A DNA stretch of 64,000 nucleotides from Rickettsiales bacterium. GTDB lineage: Bacteria > Pseudomonadota > Alphaproteobacteria > Rickettsiales > UBA1997. Position numbers and translations under genes: made by a program. This document shows positions 10,296-20,686 of the stretch, piece after piece. The stretch spans positions 68,921 to 132,920 of the forward strand of contig JBMSJJ010000003.1 in the NCBI GenBank assembly GCA_049418765.1. The letters are read 5' to 3'. The notes below the pieces were generated by a model. That model had not been told where the DNA came from. It did not search any database and worked only from the letters and a program-made list of their open reading frames with translations. Every line of letters begins with the position of its first letter. The first letter of the stretch is position 1.

Positions 10296-10937
10296 ATGAC
10301 TGACATCCCAAAACTTGTCTCTGGCTTTCGCTCTTTTAAAGCAACGACTTTTCAAAGAAAACGCGATATTATTCGCCATCTAATTGAACAAGAACAAAAG
10401 CCAACTACCTTAGTAATTTCCTCATGTGATTTACAAATCTCACCTGCCGAAATTTTTTCAGCCAATCCGGGAGAATTTTTTATCTTAAACAATATTGGCG
10501 GTATGGTGCCAAAATACAAAACTCAAGGGATTAGCGGTATTTTATCGGCTTTAGAATACGCAGTTATCAATCTTGAAGTGGAAACAATTTTGGTTCTTAA
10601 TAATGCTCATTGCACCAGCACTAAACTTATAATGTCCGATGATTTTGTGGCTTTTAAAAGTAAAATGTCAGAAACCATGAAAATATGGCTTTCAATTGCA
10701 TCGGAAGCTCGTGATGTTGTTAAACAAGAGATGCCCAAGCATAGCATAGAGGAGCAAGAAACGGCTTTTGAAAAAGAAAGCTTGGTAATTTCCTTAAACA
10801 ACCTCTTGACCTACCCTTATATCAAAGAAAAAGTCGGAAAAAATAAATTAAAAATTTTAGGCTGGCAATTTGATGTGGAAACTGGAGACATTTCGGCATT
10901 TAATCCAGCCACAGGAGTATTTGAAATTATTAATTAG
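10296..10937 (+). CDS. beta-class carbonic anhydrase homologue with non-canonical metal-site residues
   Basis: The fold signature EYAVINLEVETILVL is present. Canonical CSDSR reads SCDLQ and canonical GHxxCG reads NNAHCT. Confidence 0.7.
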   Translation: MTDIPKLVSGFRSFKATTFQRKRDIIRHLIEQEQKPTTLVISSCDLQISPAEIFSANPGEFFILNNIGGMVPKYKTQGISGILSALEYAVINLEVETILVLNNAHCTSTKLIMSDDFVAFKSKMSETMKIWLSIASEARDVVKQEMPKHSIEEQETAFEKESLVISLNNLLTYPYIKEKVGKNKLKILGWQFDVETGDISAFNPATGVFEIIN

Positions 10938-11700
10938 TTTTTAAAATTTTAATAATATTTTCTCGATAAAAATTATTTGATAAACTCGCATTAGCCTTAA
11001 TATTATTATTGATGGTCGCCAAATTTTTGTGTAAAAAATATCCACTTAAACTCAGGCCATCTAGTAAATTATGATTATCGATTTCCACAAGCTTTTCTTG
11101 GTCATTATTTTTTAAAAAATCAGGTAAACGCAATAATTTATGTGCATATTTTTCACCCGCTTCAATCGAGACAGCCTGCGCTGATTTTGGCGATACATAA
11201 GCCAAATTCACCGACGAATTTGACACCACGCAACTTGAAAAATCAACACCATATCCCAAATTCTCAAGAATATTTAATTCTAATTTTACATAATTGGCGA
11301 TTAACTTATTATTAGGAAAATTAAAATCACTTAACTCATCAAAAAAAATTTTAAAATCTTCAAATAAATTACCAAAGACCTGCCTCTCCAAAAAATATTC
11401 GTCAAGCATTGATAATATTGATTTAGCGCAATTTAAACGCAATTTGTCAAAAATAAATTTACTTGAATAATTTGCCACCAAATCACAATTCATAAAGCTA
11501 CCCAGAGCCTCTTCAGTCCTCGCTACATAGTCTAAGGTTATCAAATTGCCAATTTGATAAATTTGCTGAGTTTTTTTGGAAATACCAAATTTCACAAAAC
11601 CGCGAATAATGCCGAGATTCTCGGTAAAAACCTTAACAATAAAAGATTTTTCTCCGTATTTTTTTATGTTAATAATTATACCGCAATCATTAAATTTCAT
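10930..11700 (-). CDS. recO: DNA repair protein RecO
   Basis: 256 aa. The N-terminal OB-fold pattern (CGIIINIKKYGEKSFIVKVFTENLGIIRGFVK) is typical of RecO. Confidence 0.85.
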   Translation of the reverse strand: MKFNDCGIIINIKKYGEKSFIVKVFTENLGIIRGFVKFGISKKTQQIYQIGNLITLDYVARTEEALGSFMNCDLVANYSSKFIFDKLRLNCAKSILSMLDEYFLERQVFGNLFEDFKIFFDELSDFNFPNNKLIANYVKLELNILENLGYGVDFSSCVVSNSSVNLAYVSPKSAQAVSIEAGEKYAHKLLRLPDFLKNNDQEKLVEIDNHNLLDGLSLSGYFLHKNLATINNNIKANASLSNNFYRENIIKILKTN

Positions 11701-11701
11701 A

Positions 11702-12619
11702 TCAAATATTGGTAATTATTTTTTGCATCATATTTTGCGAATTATTGCAATGAATAATATTTTTAAATTGGTGCTTAAACCAAGTAATTTGTCGCTTGGC
11801 ATAGTTGCGAGTTTTTTGAGTGGCAATTTTAATCATGGTTTTTTCATCAATTTTTTTGTCGATAAAATCACGAATTTCTTGAAAGCCCAAAGTTTTATTT
11901 ACCGAAGATTCTTCAAAAAAAACTGGACTATTTAAATAATTTTTAACCTCGTCAACCCCTTTATTTTCAAGCATTTGTAAAAATCTATTATTACAATTTT
12001 TATAATTAATTTCTCGCTCTAAATTCAAATTAAAATGCCAAAAACTAGAATTTTTTATGACCTCATCCTTAAAAAATATTTTATTTGGTAATTTATGAAA
12101 ATACTCTATATCCCTACCCTCTTGCAAAAAAATTTCTGCTCTTCGCAATAATTTTTGTTTATCGATAATTTTTTCATTACCAAATTTCTTTACAAATTCT
12201 TGATGACCAATTTTTTCATATAAATCCAAAGCCTGTTTTTTAAATTCGAGATGAATTTCGGGAATATCCGCAATACCATTAACCAATGCCGACAAATACA
12301 TTCCTGTGCCACCAACAATGATTGGCAAAATATTTTGCGAATATAATTTTTCGATGGCATTAGTGATTAAATTCAGCCAAATACCAACCGATATTTTTTG
12401 CTTTGCGTCAAATATTCCATATAACAAATATTCCACCTCGCTTTGCTCCTGAAGGCTCGGCTGTGCCGATAAAATCGGTAGCTCCCGAAAAATCTGCAAT
12501 GAATCAGCATTTAAAATGCTAGCCTGATATTTTTTGGCAATTTTGTGGGCTAACTCTGATTTACCTGTCGCCGTGGCACCAGAAATTATAACAATTGGAA
12601 ATTTTTTACCCTCAACCAT
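11702..12619 (-). CDS. miaA: tRNA dimethylallyltransferase
   Basis: P-loop SGATATGKS, then NADSLQIFRELPILSAQPS and GGTGMYLSALVNG. Confidence 0.93.
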   Translation of the reverse strand: MVEGKKFPIVIISGATATGKSELAHKIAKKYQASILNADSLQIFRELPILSAQPSLQEQSEVEYLLYGIFDAKQKISVGIWLNLITNAIEKLYSQNILPIIVGGTGMYLSALVNGIADIPEIHLEFKKQALDLYEKIGHQEFVKKFGNEKIIDKQKLLRRAEIFLQEGRDIEYFHKLPNKIFFKDEVIKNSSFWHFNLNLEREINYKNCNNRFLQMLENKGVDEVKNYLNSPVFFEESSVNKTLGFQEIRDFIDKKIDEKTMIKIATQKTRNYAKRQITWFKHQFKNIIHCNNSQNMMQKIITNI

Positions 12620-13595
12620 TATTTTTTAGCAAATTATAAAGTTGCAAAATATCATCAGCTAACGGAATTTCCAGAGACAATTCCTTACCAGTAATTGGAT
12701 GTATAAAATTAATTTTATAAGAATGCAAAGCCTGCCTTGAAAAATTTTGCAAATAATTTTGCAATTTAATGTTGGTATTTTTTGGCAACATTTTTTTGCA
12801 AGAATTATAAAGCTGGTCGCCAATCACCGAATGCTTCATCGACTCAAGATGCAAACGGATTTGGTGAGTTCTTCCTGTTTGCAAATTGCACTCAACTAAA
12901 CTTGCAAAACCATCTAAAAAAACCTCTTTGGTTTCGTAATTGGTAATGGCTTCGCGACCAAGATTTTTCACAATCGCCATTTTTAATCGATTTTTTCTTG
13001 AGCGAATAATATTTTTTTTAATTACTCCTTTTTTTGGGTCCATCACCCCATAAATCAAGGCTAAATAGCTTCGATGAATATCGCGCTCTTTTAACATTTT
13101 ACTTAACAATTGATGAGTTAAATCATCTTTGGCAATTATCATTAAGCCACTGGTATCTTTATCTAAGCGGTGAACAATTCCTACTCTGCTTGTACCAGCA
13201 ATTGATGAAAGTTCATCAGCAAATTCGTAAAGTAAGCCATTAACCAAAGTATCATCATTATTTCCAGCACCAGGATGAACGGTTAAACCAAAAGGCTTAT
13301 TGATAATAATTAAATACTTATCTTGATAAATTATTTCAAAATCGATTTTTTTAGCGATTAAGTCCGATGGCTTATTATCTGGAATTTCTACTGATATTTC
13401 ATCATTGATTTTTAGCTTATATGAGTCAGTGTTGATAATTTTATCGTTAAAATTTTTAACATAATTTTCAGCAATCAAATTTTGAATTTTGCTTCGAGTT
13501 ATTTCTGGTTTTATTAATGCAAATTCTGTTGCCAAATATTTGTCAATTCTAGTTCCTGCAATCTCTTGAGTAATTTTAAAAAAATATTTATTCAT
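12612..13595 (-). CDS. rluD: 23S rRNA pseudouridine synthase, RluD subfamily
   Basis: N-terminal S4-like RIDKYL...SRSKIQNLI, catalytic HRLDKDTSGLMIIAK, GRTHQIRLH. Confidence 0.9.
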   Translation of the reverse strand: MNKYFFKITQEIAGTRIDKYLATEFALIKPEITRSKIQNLIAENYVKNFNDKIINTDSYKLKINDEISVEIPDNKPSDLIAKKIDFEIIYQDKYLIIINKPFGLTVHPGAGNNDDTLVNGLLYEFADELSSIAGTSRVGIVHRLDKDTSGLMIIAKDDLTHQLLSKMLKERDIHRSYLALIYGVMDPKKGVIKKNIIRSRKNRLKMAIVKNLGREAITNYETKEVFLDGFASLVECNLQTGRTHQIRLHLESMKHSVIGDQLYNSCKKMLPKNTNIKLQNYLQNFSRQALHSYKINFIHPITGKELSLEIPLADDILQLYNLLKNNG

Positions 13596-14013
13596 AATTT
13601 ATTGATACAATTCTTGACTCTTCTTGAGCATTATCGGCTTCAATATTTATGCGTATAATATTTTTTGTTAAATATTTTTCAGCTATCTCTGGCCATTCAA
13701 TTAGGGTTACAAAGTTTTTTATGACATGAAAGAAGCCAATATTTTCTAGCTCTTCAGCACTTTTTAGTCGATATAAATCAAAATGATAAATTTCACCCTT
13801 AATGGTTGAATAATTGCAAACTAAATTAAAAGTTGGACTCAAAACGGGAGTCGGATTTATTTGTAAAAAATTTATAAAATTTTTTGCAAAAAAACTCTTG
13901 CCAACCCCCAGACTTCCGCTCAAAGCAAGAATTTTTGGAGCCTCAATTTTTTTAGCCAAATCAATGGCAAGATCTGCCATTTCTTCTTTAGAATTTATTT
14001 TATAATTTAACAT
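13588..14013 (-). CDS. tsaE: tRNA t6A37 biosynthesis ATPase TsaE
   Basis: LSGSLGVGKSFFAK, SPTFNLVCNY, YHFDLYRL. Start moved to internal Met-28 (14013) because the longer ORF would overlap the upstream peptidase gene, which ends at 14015. Confidence 0.85.
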   Translation of the reverse strand: MLNYKINSKEEMADLAIDLAKKIEAPKILALSGSLGVGKSFFAKNFINFLQINPTPVLSPTFNLVCNYSTIKGEIYHFDLYRLKSAEELENIGFFHVIKNFVTLIEWPEIAEKYLTKNIIRINIEADNAQEESRIVSINYE

Positions 14014-14014
14014 T

Positions 14015-14791
14015 TTAATAGATAACGGGCTTACCAACCAACAAACAAATATAGGCGGATAAACATATTGCGGGAGCAAATGGAAAAGTTTCATCTTTCA
14101 TAAATTTTTGCCATAATGTCCCAAAAACTGCACCAATTATACCACTTAAAAACATAAATAAAATAAAATTATTTGTTCCAAGCATAAAACCTGCTATTGC
14201 AAAAAATTTAAAATCGTCAATTCCAAGACCATCAATTCCTGCAGAAAAATAAAAAAACACCCAAACCGCAAAACCAAAACCCAAATATAAAATTGCTGGC
14301 TTAAGTCCGTTTAAAGCGGAGTTAATCTGATTATTGTTGTTATTTACAATCAAAATAAATGCCAAAAAAGCTAAAATATATTGAGTAAAATCTGGGATAA
14401 AATAATGCTCCAAATCCACCACCACCATAATCATAAGAATTACAAAAATTGCCAAATGTATGATTAACTTTAAATCAAATTTTAATCCAAGCGCCAAAAA
14501 CGATAGCAAAAACCCCGTCATTGTAGCAAATTCGATTGCCAAATATCGAGCAGAAATAGGATGCTTACAAAAAATACATTTTCCGCCTTGCAAAATCCAT
14601 GAAAAAATTGGAATTAATGAGCGTAATTTTAAAGTTTTGTGACAATGCGGACATTTTGACCTAGCAAGAATCATCGGCTCTTTGCTGGCCACTCGATAAG
14701 TAACTAAACTTACGAAACTGCCAAATATTGCTCCAAAAATTGCCAAAATTAAAATTTGCATCTCTATATTTACTTCGGAAAAAAAATTCAT
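14015..14791 (-). CDS. pilD: prepilin peptidase (A24 family, PilD/GspO type)
   Basis: 258 aa polytopic protein. N-terminal CPHCHKTL...GKCIFCKHPI zinc-knuckle pair, followed by acidic residues embedded in the membrane helices. Confidence 0.85.
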   Translation of the reverse strand: MNFFSEVNIEMQILILAIFGAIFGSFVSLVTYRVASKEPMILARSKCPHCHKTLKLRSLIPIFSWILQGGKCIFCKHPISARYLAIEFATMTGFLLSFLALGLKFDLKLIIHLAIFVILMIMVVVDLEHYFIPDFTQYILAFLAFILIVNNNNNQINSALNGLKPAILYLGFGFAVWVFFYFSAGIDGLGIDDFKFFAIAGFMLGTNNFILFMFLSGIIGAVFGTLWQKFMKDETFPFAPAICLSAYICLLVGKPVIY

Positions 14792-14872
14792 ATTTATTAT
14801 ATTTTCTTGATTGATAATTTAATCATTAATTATAAACTCTAAATAAGTTTAATTAAAATTTTTTTAAAAAAA

Positions 14873-16306
14873 ATGAATTACTTAGCAATAATATTCTCAA
14901 AATTCTTAATAATTCTTTTATTTTTTTCATTGTCTTCGTGCCTGCAAGAACCTGCGAAAATAATCAATAAAAATAAAACTAATTACAATAAATCTAATCA
15001 ATATAATCAAGATAAATATAAAAACATAACTCAAAATAAAGCAAAAGCTGAAAACAAAGCCAACAAAGAATTATCAATAGTTGAAGATAAAAAAATCGAA
15101 GAAGGCACTAAGGGCAAAATTATTGAAAGCCCAACTCAAAGCAAAGCCTCAGGCAAATCAGTGTCGAATTTAAGCGAAAATATACCCGCAAAAACTGAAA
15201 AATCTCCCAAAGATAATCTTGCTCAAAAAAAAGAAATTAAAGTCGAGCAAGGCGACACCTTATATTCAATTGCCAAAAAGAATAATACCAATTTACGCGA
15301 TATCATTGAATTAAACAATATCCAGCCCCCTTATCAAGTTAAAGTAGGTCAAAACATTAAAATTCCGGTCGCAAGTTATCATGAATCAAGGGATGGCGAC
15401 ACCTTATATTCAATTTCTCGATTATATAACATGAAAGTAAATGATTTGATTGCTATTAATGATTTAAAATTTCCCTACGCCATTTATCCAGGCGATAAAA
15501 TTAAAATCAATGCCGATAAAAACTTAAAAACACCGGAGCAAAAACCTACTGAAAATATTGAAATTGCTCAAAAAAATTCGAAAGATTTAGCAAAAAATTT
15601 AAAGAACGATAAAAATGCCCAAAATATTTCCAAAGAAAAAATCCTAGCCAACTCCAACATTGCAAAAGAAAAGCCACTCAATGAAAATCTACAAAAAAAA
15701 GAAGCCGAAAAAAATTTAGCCAAAGCCAACAATATCGACAAATCCTCCGAAATTGAATCTTATGGACTTAAGCCAACTGAAGTCAGAGCAATGGAGCTTA
15801 GCAAAGCTGATGAAAATTCTAAAACCGTCAAAAATATAATTCCTGCTCAAAATCAAATCGTGCAAACCAAACTCGAAATAAACAAACCAATTGATAAGGA
15901 TGCAATCAAAAAAATTGCCAACAAATCCAATCACTTCACTTGGCCAGTGCGTGGCGAAATTGTTTCAAAATTTGGACCAAAAAGTGCTGGACTCTTTAAT
16001 GATGGTATCAATATTAAGGCAAAATCTGGACAAAATGTGGTAGCCTCTGAAGATGGGATTATCGCTTATGTTGGCAATGAACTTAAAGGCTATGGCAATT
16101 TGGTAATTATAAAACATGCTGGAGGTTGGATTTCAGCCTATGCTCATCTCAAAGACTTTGCGGTAAATCGTGGTCAAAAAATTTATCAAGGACAAAAAAT
16201 TGGCTCCGTTGGCGACTCTGGTAAAGTAAAATATCCGCAATTATATTTTGGTCTTAGAAAGGGGCGTGATGCCGTTAATCCAGAAATTCATTTAAATCAT
16301 CTTTGA
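14873..16306 (+). CDS. LysM-domain M23 family peptidase lipoprotein (NlpD-like)
   Basis: Lipobox FSLSSC. Two LysM repeats (VEQGDTLYSIAKKNN..., SRDGDTLYSISRLYN...). C-terminal M23 core GINIKA...GNLVIIKHAGGWISAYAHL. Confidence 0.85.
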   Translation: MNYLAIIFSKFLIILLFFSLSSCLQEPAKIINKNKTNYNKSNQYNQDKYKNITQNKAKAENKANKELSIVEDKKIEEGTKGKIIESPTQSKASGKSVSNLSENIPAKTEKSPKDNLAQKKEIKVEQGDTLYSIAKKNNTNLRDIIELNNIQPPYQVKVGQNIKIPVASYHESRDGDTLYSISRLYNMKVNDLIAINDLKFPYAIYPGDKIKINADKNLKTPEQKPTENIEIAQKNSKDLAKNLKNDKNAQNISKEKILANSNIAKEKPLNENLQKKEAEKNLAKANNIDKSSEIESYGLKPTEVRAMELSKADENSKTVKNIIPAQNQIVQTKLEINKPIDKDAIKKIANKSNHFTWPVRGEIVSKFGPKSAGLFNDGINIKAKSGQNVVASEDGIIAYVGNELKGYGNLVIIKHAGGWISAYAHLKDFAVNRGQKIYQGQKIGSVGDSGKVKYPQLYFGLRKGRDAVNPEIHLNHL

Positions 16307-16369
16307 TTCTTCTTTGATTATTTTAATTTAAGTTTTATAATTTTTTTAGATTAACAAATTTATCAAATC

Positions 16370-17296
16370 ATGTCATTATTTAAAATATTTTCCAAAGCAA
16401 AAATCACCGATCAACTTAAAAATAGTTCCCAAAAATTTTCGCAAGCTATTAGCGAAATTTTTACCCATAAAAAGCTCGATGAAAACACCATAGAATTACT
16501 CGAAGAAACCCTTATTATTAATGATTTAGGTGCAGATTTTTCAATGGAATTAATCAAAAATCTTCGTGAAAAAAAGTTTAACAAAAATGTTAATATCGAA
16601 GAAATCAAACAATTTCTTGCCGAAGAAATTACCAGAATCCTCAAGCCTTGCGAAGGTAAAATACAATTTGATTCTAAACATAAACCACAAGTAATTATTT
16701 TCAATGGCGTTAATGGCGCAGGCAAAACCACCACCATTGGCAAAATTGCTAATAATTTAAGTTCACAAAATAAAAAAGTTTTAATTGTTGGATGCGATAC
16801 CTTCAGAGCTGGAGCTGGCTCGCAACTTGAGGTTTGGGCAAAAAGAGCAAATTGCGAAATTATTTTATCACTAAAAGATGGTGAAGACCCTGCTTCTGTA
16901 GCTTATCGCGGAGTGGATTATGCCAAAAAAAATGATTTTGATGTCGTGCTAATTGACACTGCTGGGCGTTTACAAAATAAACAAAATTTGATGGATGAGC
17001 TTAAAAAAATTAACAATGTAATTAAAAAGCTTGATGACAGTGCTCCTCATTTAAATTTATTAATCGTAGATGCTACCATCGGACAAAATTCAAAAATGCA
17101 AACTGAAATTTTTAATCAAACCGTTGGCATTGACGGTCTTATTATAACCAAGCTCGATGGCAGTTCTAAGGGTGGAGTTGTCGTTGGAATTTCAAAAATT
17201 TTTGGCAAACCAATTTATGCAATTGGCATTGGCGAAAAAATTGAGGATTTACAAGAATTTGATGCCAAGGAATATGCTCAAAAATTAGTAAATTAA
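16370..17296 (+). CDS. ftsY: signal recognition particle receptor FtsY
   Basis: NG domain: GVNGAGKTTTIGKIA, DTFRAGA, DTAGRL, TKLDGSSKGG. Confidence 0.95.
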   Translation: MSLFKIFSKAKITDQLKNSSQKFSQAISEIFTHKKLDENTIELLEETLIINDLGADFSMELIKNLREKKFNKNVNIEEIKQFLAEEITRILKPCEGKIQFDSKHKPQVIIFNGVNGAGKTTTIGKIANNLSSQNKKVLIVGCDTFRAGAGSQLEVWAKRANCEIILSLKDGEDPASVAYRGVDYAKKNDFDVVLIDTAGRLQNKQNLMDELKKINNVIKKLDDSAPHLNLLIVDATIGQNSKMQTEIFNQTVGIDGLIITKLDGSSKGGVVVGISKIFGKPIYAIGIGEKIEDLQEFDAKEYAQKLVN

Positions 17297-17532
17297 TTTT
17301 ATATCAATTATTACCGACTATTATTTTGAGAACCATTTGATAAGAGATTCTCATGACTTAATCTTCTTAAACTCAAAAGAAAATTATCGTTTTGCACTTC
17401 ACAAGACCAAGAGGTATCAGGATTTATATCAGAATCAATTGTTGGGCATTTGGTATAATTTTCAACTCAATTAAATTTCAATTTCTTTAAATTTTTATCT
17501 AAAAATTGTTTTAAAATAAAATTTTGAAATAT

Positions 17533-17844
17533 TTAAGGATAGGATCGAGATAATCCTTCATTTTTAACTTTTTCAATATCCCGCACTGATGTTGAATTTA
17601 ATGGAGCTTTTTCGCTTAAGGATGAAGATGTTGCTGAACAAGAGCTTGATGATTTTTCATTGCTTTTTGGACTTTGTAAAGTTTCATTTAAAGAATTTGG
17701 ATCTGAATTGCCTGGAAAAAAAACTTCTTCGTTTAATTCAATTGCAAATGCCTGATCAGCTAGACCCATTTCATCATTAGCCTGACTCCCTGAATCTGAA
17801 TTGTTTGTATTGGCAACATATTCGCCTTTTCCAAGATTTTTCAT
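17533..17844 (-). CDS. small acidic Ser-rich hypothetical protein
   Basis: 103-aa ORF whose ATG (17844..17842) directly abuts the lpdA stop codon (17847..17845). Low-complexity composition, no motif. Confidence 0.35.
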   Translation of the reverse strand: MKNLGKGEYVANTNNSDSGSQANDEMGLADQAFAIELNEEVFFPGNSDPNSLNETLQSPKSNEKSSSSCSATSSSLSEKAPLNSTSVRDIEKVKNEGLSRSYP

Positions 17845-19260
17845 TTAAAAGTGAATTGCTTTGCCATATGCATCAAGCACAGCTTCATGCATCATTTCCG
17901 ACATTGTTGGATGAGCAAAAATTGTGTGCATCAAATCTTCCTCGGTGAGTTCAGCTTGTTTAGCAATAACAAAACCCTGAATCATTTCGGTAACTTCAGC
18001 CCCAATTAAATGCGCACCCAAAAGTTCTCCAGTTTTTTCATCAAAAATAACTTTGATTAGCCCTTCTAATTCACCCATAGCAATGGCTTTACCATTGGCT
18101 AAATACGGGAAACGACCTACTTTAATTTTTTTACCCAATTCTTTGGCTTTCTTTTCAGTTAAGCCAATTGAAGCAATTTGTGGCATGGCATAAGTGCAAC
18201 CAGGAACATTTTCCTTTTTAATTGGGTGAGCTTTTTTGCCATCATATTTACCAAGCTTACTAGCGATTTTTTCTGAAGCAATAATGCCTTCATGCGATGC
18301 CTTATGAGCGAGCCACGGCGCCCCAGCGACATCGCCGATGGCAAAAATATTTGGCTCGGAAGTTTCCATATAGCCATTGGTTTCGATGCGACCTTTTTCA
18401 ACCCTAACTTTAGTTTTTTCTAAACCAAGATTTTCAACATTAGCAACAATGCCAACCGCCATTATAACTTTTTGAGCTTTAACTTCTTCAATTTTGCCAG
18501 CAATTTCTACTTTGGCAATCACTTCTTCTTTGGTCTTTGTTAAAGATTTTAGCGAAGCTGAGGTTAAAATTTTTATTCCTTGTTTTTCAAAAGACTTACG
18601 AGCTAATTTAGAAATTTCTTCATCTTCAACAGGCAAAATATTTTCTGCCATTTCAATTAACGTTACTTCGCTTCCCATATTACGATAGAATGAAGCGAAT
18701 TCTGAGCCAATCGCTCCTGAACCAACAACAATAAGGGATTTTGGCAGGGCTTTTGCAGTCATCGCCTCGCGATAAGTCCAAATATTTTCGCCATCCGGCT
18801 CCATTCCTTGGATAATTCTGGCTCTAGCACCAGTTGCCACCACAAAATACGAAGCTTCAATTTGCTCCACTTCTTTTCCATCTTTAGTTACAGAAATTTT
18901 TTTGGCATCTAAAAATTTAGCAAATCCGTCAAAAACTTCTACTTTATTTTTTTTCATCAGACCTGAAATCCCTGTGCTTAAGCGCTTGGAAACTGCACGC
19001 GATCTTTCAATAATTTTGGTAAAATCATGCTGAATATTTTGTGCTGAAAAACCAAATTCAGGCAAATGATGCAACAAATGATTAATTTCCGATGAGCGCA
19101 ATAATGCCTTAGTTGGAATACATCCCCAATTCAAACAGATTCCGCCTAAATGATTTGCCTCAATAATGGCAACTTTCAAACCTAATTGCGAAGCACGAAT
19201 TGCCGAAACATATCCACCAGGACCAGCACCAATCACGCATAAATCAAATTTTTTTGTCAT
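17845..19260 (-). CDS. lpdA: dihydrolipoyl dehydrogenase (E3)
   Basis: GAGPGGY FAD motif, redox-active GGICLNWGCIPTK, C-terminal HAHPTMSE interface motif. Confidence 0.95.
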   Translation of the reverse strand: MTKKFDLCVIGAGPGGYVSAIRASQLGLKVAIIEANHLGGICLNWGCIPTKALLRSSEINHLLHHLPEFGFSAQNIQHDFTKIIERSRAVSKRLSTGISGLMKKNKVEVFDGFAKFLDAKKISVTKDGKEVEQIEASYFVVATGARARIIQGMEPDGENIWTYREAMTAKALPKSLIVVGSGAIGSEFASFYRNMGSEVTLIEMAENILPVEDEEISKLARKSFEKQGIKILTSASLKSLTKTKEEVIAKVEIAGKIEEVKAQKVIMAVGIVANVENLGLEKTKVRVEKGRIETNGYMETSEPNIFAIGDVAGAPWLAHKASHEGIIASEKIASKLGKYDGKKAHPIKKENVPGCTYAMPQIASIGLTEKKAKELGKKIKVGRFPYLANGKAIAMGELEGLIKVIFDEKTGELLGAHLIGAEVTEMIQGFVIAKQAELTEEDLMHTIFAHPTMSEMMHEAVLDAYGKAIHF

Positions 19261-19469
19261 AATTTTTGATTAAATTTTTTGAAATCATATCAGTATTTTT
19301 TTTAACATTATCCCTGAAAATAATTTAAAATCAACCCCTTAAAAATCAAAATTTTAGAAATTTTTAGTAATTAAATTAAAAAATTATATGTATTTTTTTA
19401 AATGTAAAAAAAATATCAAAATTAACTCTTTTTTATTAAAATTTTTTAGCTAGAATAGTCAATATCCAA

Positions 19470-19554
19470 GCGGACGTGGCGAAATTGGCAGACGCACTAG
19501 ACTTAGGATCTAGCGCCTCACGGCATGTGGGTTCAAGTCCCTCCGTCCGCACCA
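19470..19554 (+). tRNA. tRNA-Leu (anticodon TAG), long-variable-arm class
   Basis: GCGGACG...CGTCCGCACCA acceptor. Anticodon stem CTAGA/TCTAG with loop CTTAGGA. Long variable arm, T arm GTGGGTTCAAGTCCC. Confidence 0.93.
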
Positions 19555-19588
19555 AAGTTAAAAAATAATTCAAAAAAATCAGGTTTAA

Positions 19589-20656
19589 TTATTCTTGCGA
19601 TAATTTTTTGGCTTGATCATCAGCAACAAGAGCGTTCACGATTTCATCAAGCTCGCCCATCATAATTTCGTCAATACGATAACTCGTTAAATTAATACGA
19701 TGGTCGGTGACTCGACTTTGTGGAAAATTGTAGGTACGAATTCTTTCGCTTCTATCGCCACTTCCAACCTGCTCTTTGCGCTCCATTGCTCGCTCTCTTT
19801 CTAGGCGCTCGCGCTCTGCCTCATAAATTCTTGAACGCAAAACTTTCATGGCTTTTTCACGATTTTTAATTTGCGATTTTTCATCTTGCATCGAAACCAC
19901 CACACCTGTCGGCAAATGTGTAATTCTAACTGCCGAGTCTGTGGTATTAACCGATTGACCACCCGGACCTGATGAACGAAAAACATCAATTCGCAAATCT
20001 TTTTCTTCAATTTTAATATCAACCTCTTCAGCTTCAGGCAAAACAGCCACTGTTGCTGCCGAAGTGTGAACTCGCCCCGAAGCCTCAGTTTCTGGCACTC
20101 TTTGCACTCGATGCCCACCCGATTCAAATTTTAAACGAGCAAAAACTCCGCGACCAGAAATAATCGCAGACGCTTCTTTATAGCCTCCAAGGCCAGTATC
20201 AGAAATTGACAAAATCTCGAATTTCCAACGATTTTTTTCAGCATAGCGATGATACATTTGAAATAATTTATAGGCAAAAAGTGCCGCCTCTTCGCCTCCA
20301 GTGCCTGCCCTAACCTCAATGATGGCGTTTTTTTCATCGGCTGAATCCTTAGGAATTAAGGCAATTTTAATTTGATGCTCAAGATCTGGAATTTTTTTTG
20401 ACAAATTGAATTTTTCCTCCTCCATCATATCACGCATTTCCTTGTCTAGGGAAGAGTCGGTGAGCATTTGCTCGATATCGACATATTCTTTTTGTGCATT
20501 TTGATATTCGTGAATTATCCCCACAACTTCTTGCATATCGGAATGTTCTTTAGAAATTTTGGCGAAGCTTTGCCCCAAGCCAGTTGGGTCTTGAAGCTTT
20601 TTTTCTAATTCATTAAATTTAGCAACAATGCCCGAAAGTTTTTCTGTAATCGACAT
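19589..20656 (-). CDS. prfA: peptide chain release factor 1
   Basis: 355 aa. PET/PxT-type recognition region ([14 protein letters not shown]) and GGQ motif ([24 protein letters not shown]). Confidence 0.97.
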   Translation of the reverse strand: MSITEKLSGIVAKFNELEKKLQDPTGLGQSFAKISKEHSDMQEVVGIIHEYQNAQKEYVDIEQMLTDSSLDKEMRDMMEEEKFNLSKKIPDLEHQIKIALIPKDSADEKNAIIEVRAGTGGEEAALFAYKLFQMYHRYAEKNRWKFEILSISDTGLGGYKEASAIISGRGVFARLKFESGGHRVQRVPETEASGRVHTSAATVAVLPEAEEVDIKIEEKDLRIDVFRSSGPGGQSVNTTDSAVRITHLPTGVVVSMQDEKSQIKNREKAMKVLRSRIYEAERERLERERAMERKEQVGSGDRSERIRTYNFPQSRVTDHRINLTSYRIDEIMMGELDEIVNALVADDQAKKLSQE

Positions 20657-20686
20657 ATTATTTTTTATTTTTACTTTTTGTTTTGG

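Noticed and set aside
11576-11935. 119-aa plus-strand ORF spanning the recO/miaA junction
   Set aside because: It is antisense to two well-supported genes and crosses their boundary. It has no motif and its composition is typical of the reverse frame.
17297-17532. 236-bp feature-less spacer after ftsY as a possible ncRNA or gene remnant
   Set aside because: By eye it has no conserved-looking stems, no tRNA- or riboswitch-like elements and no extended open frame on either strand. There is nothing to support a call.
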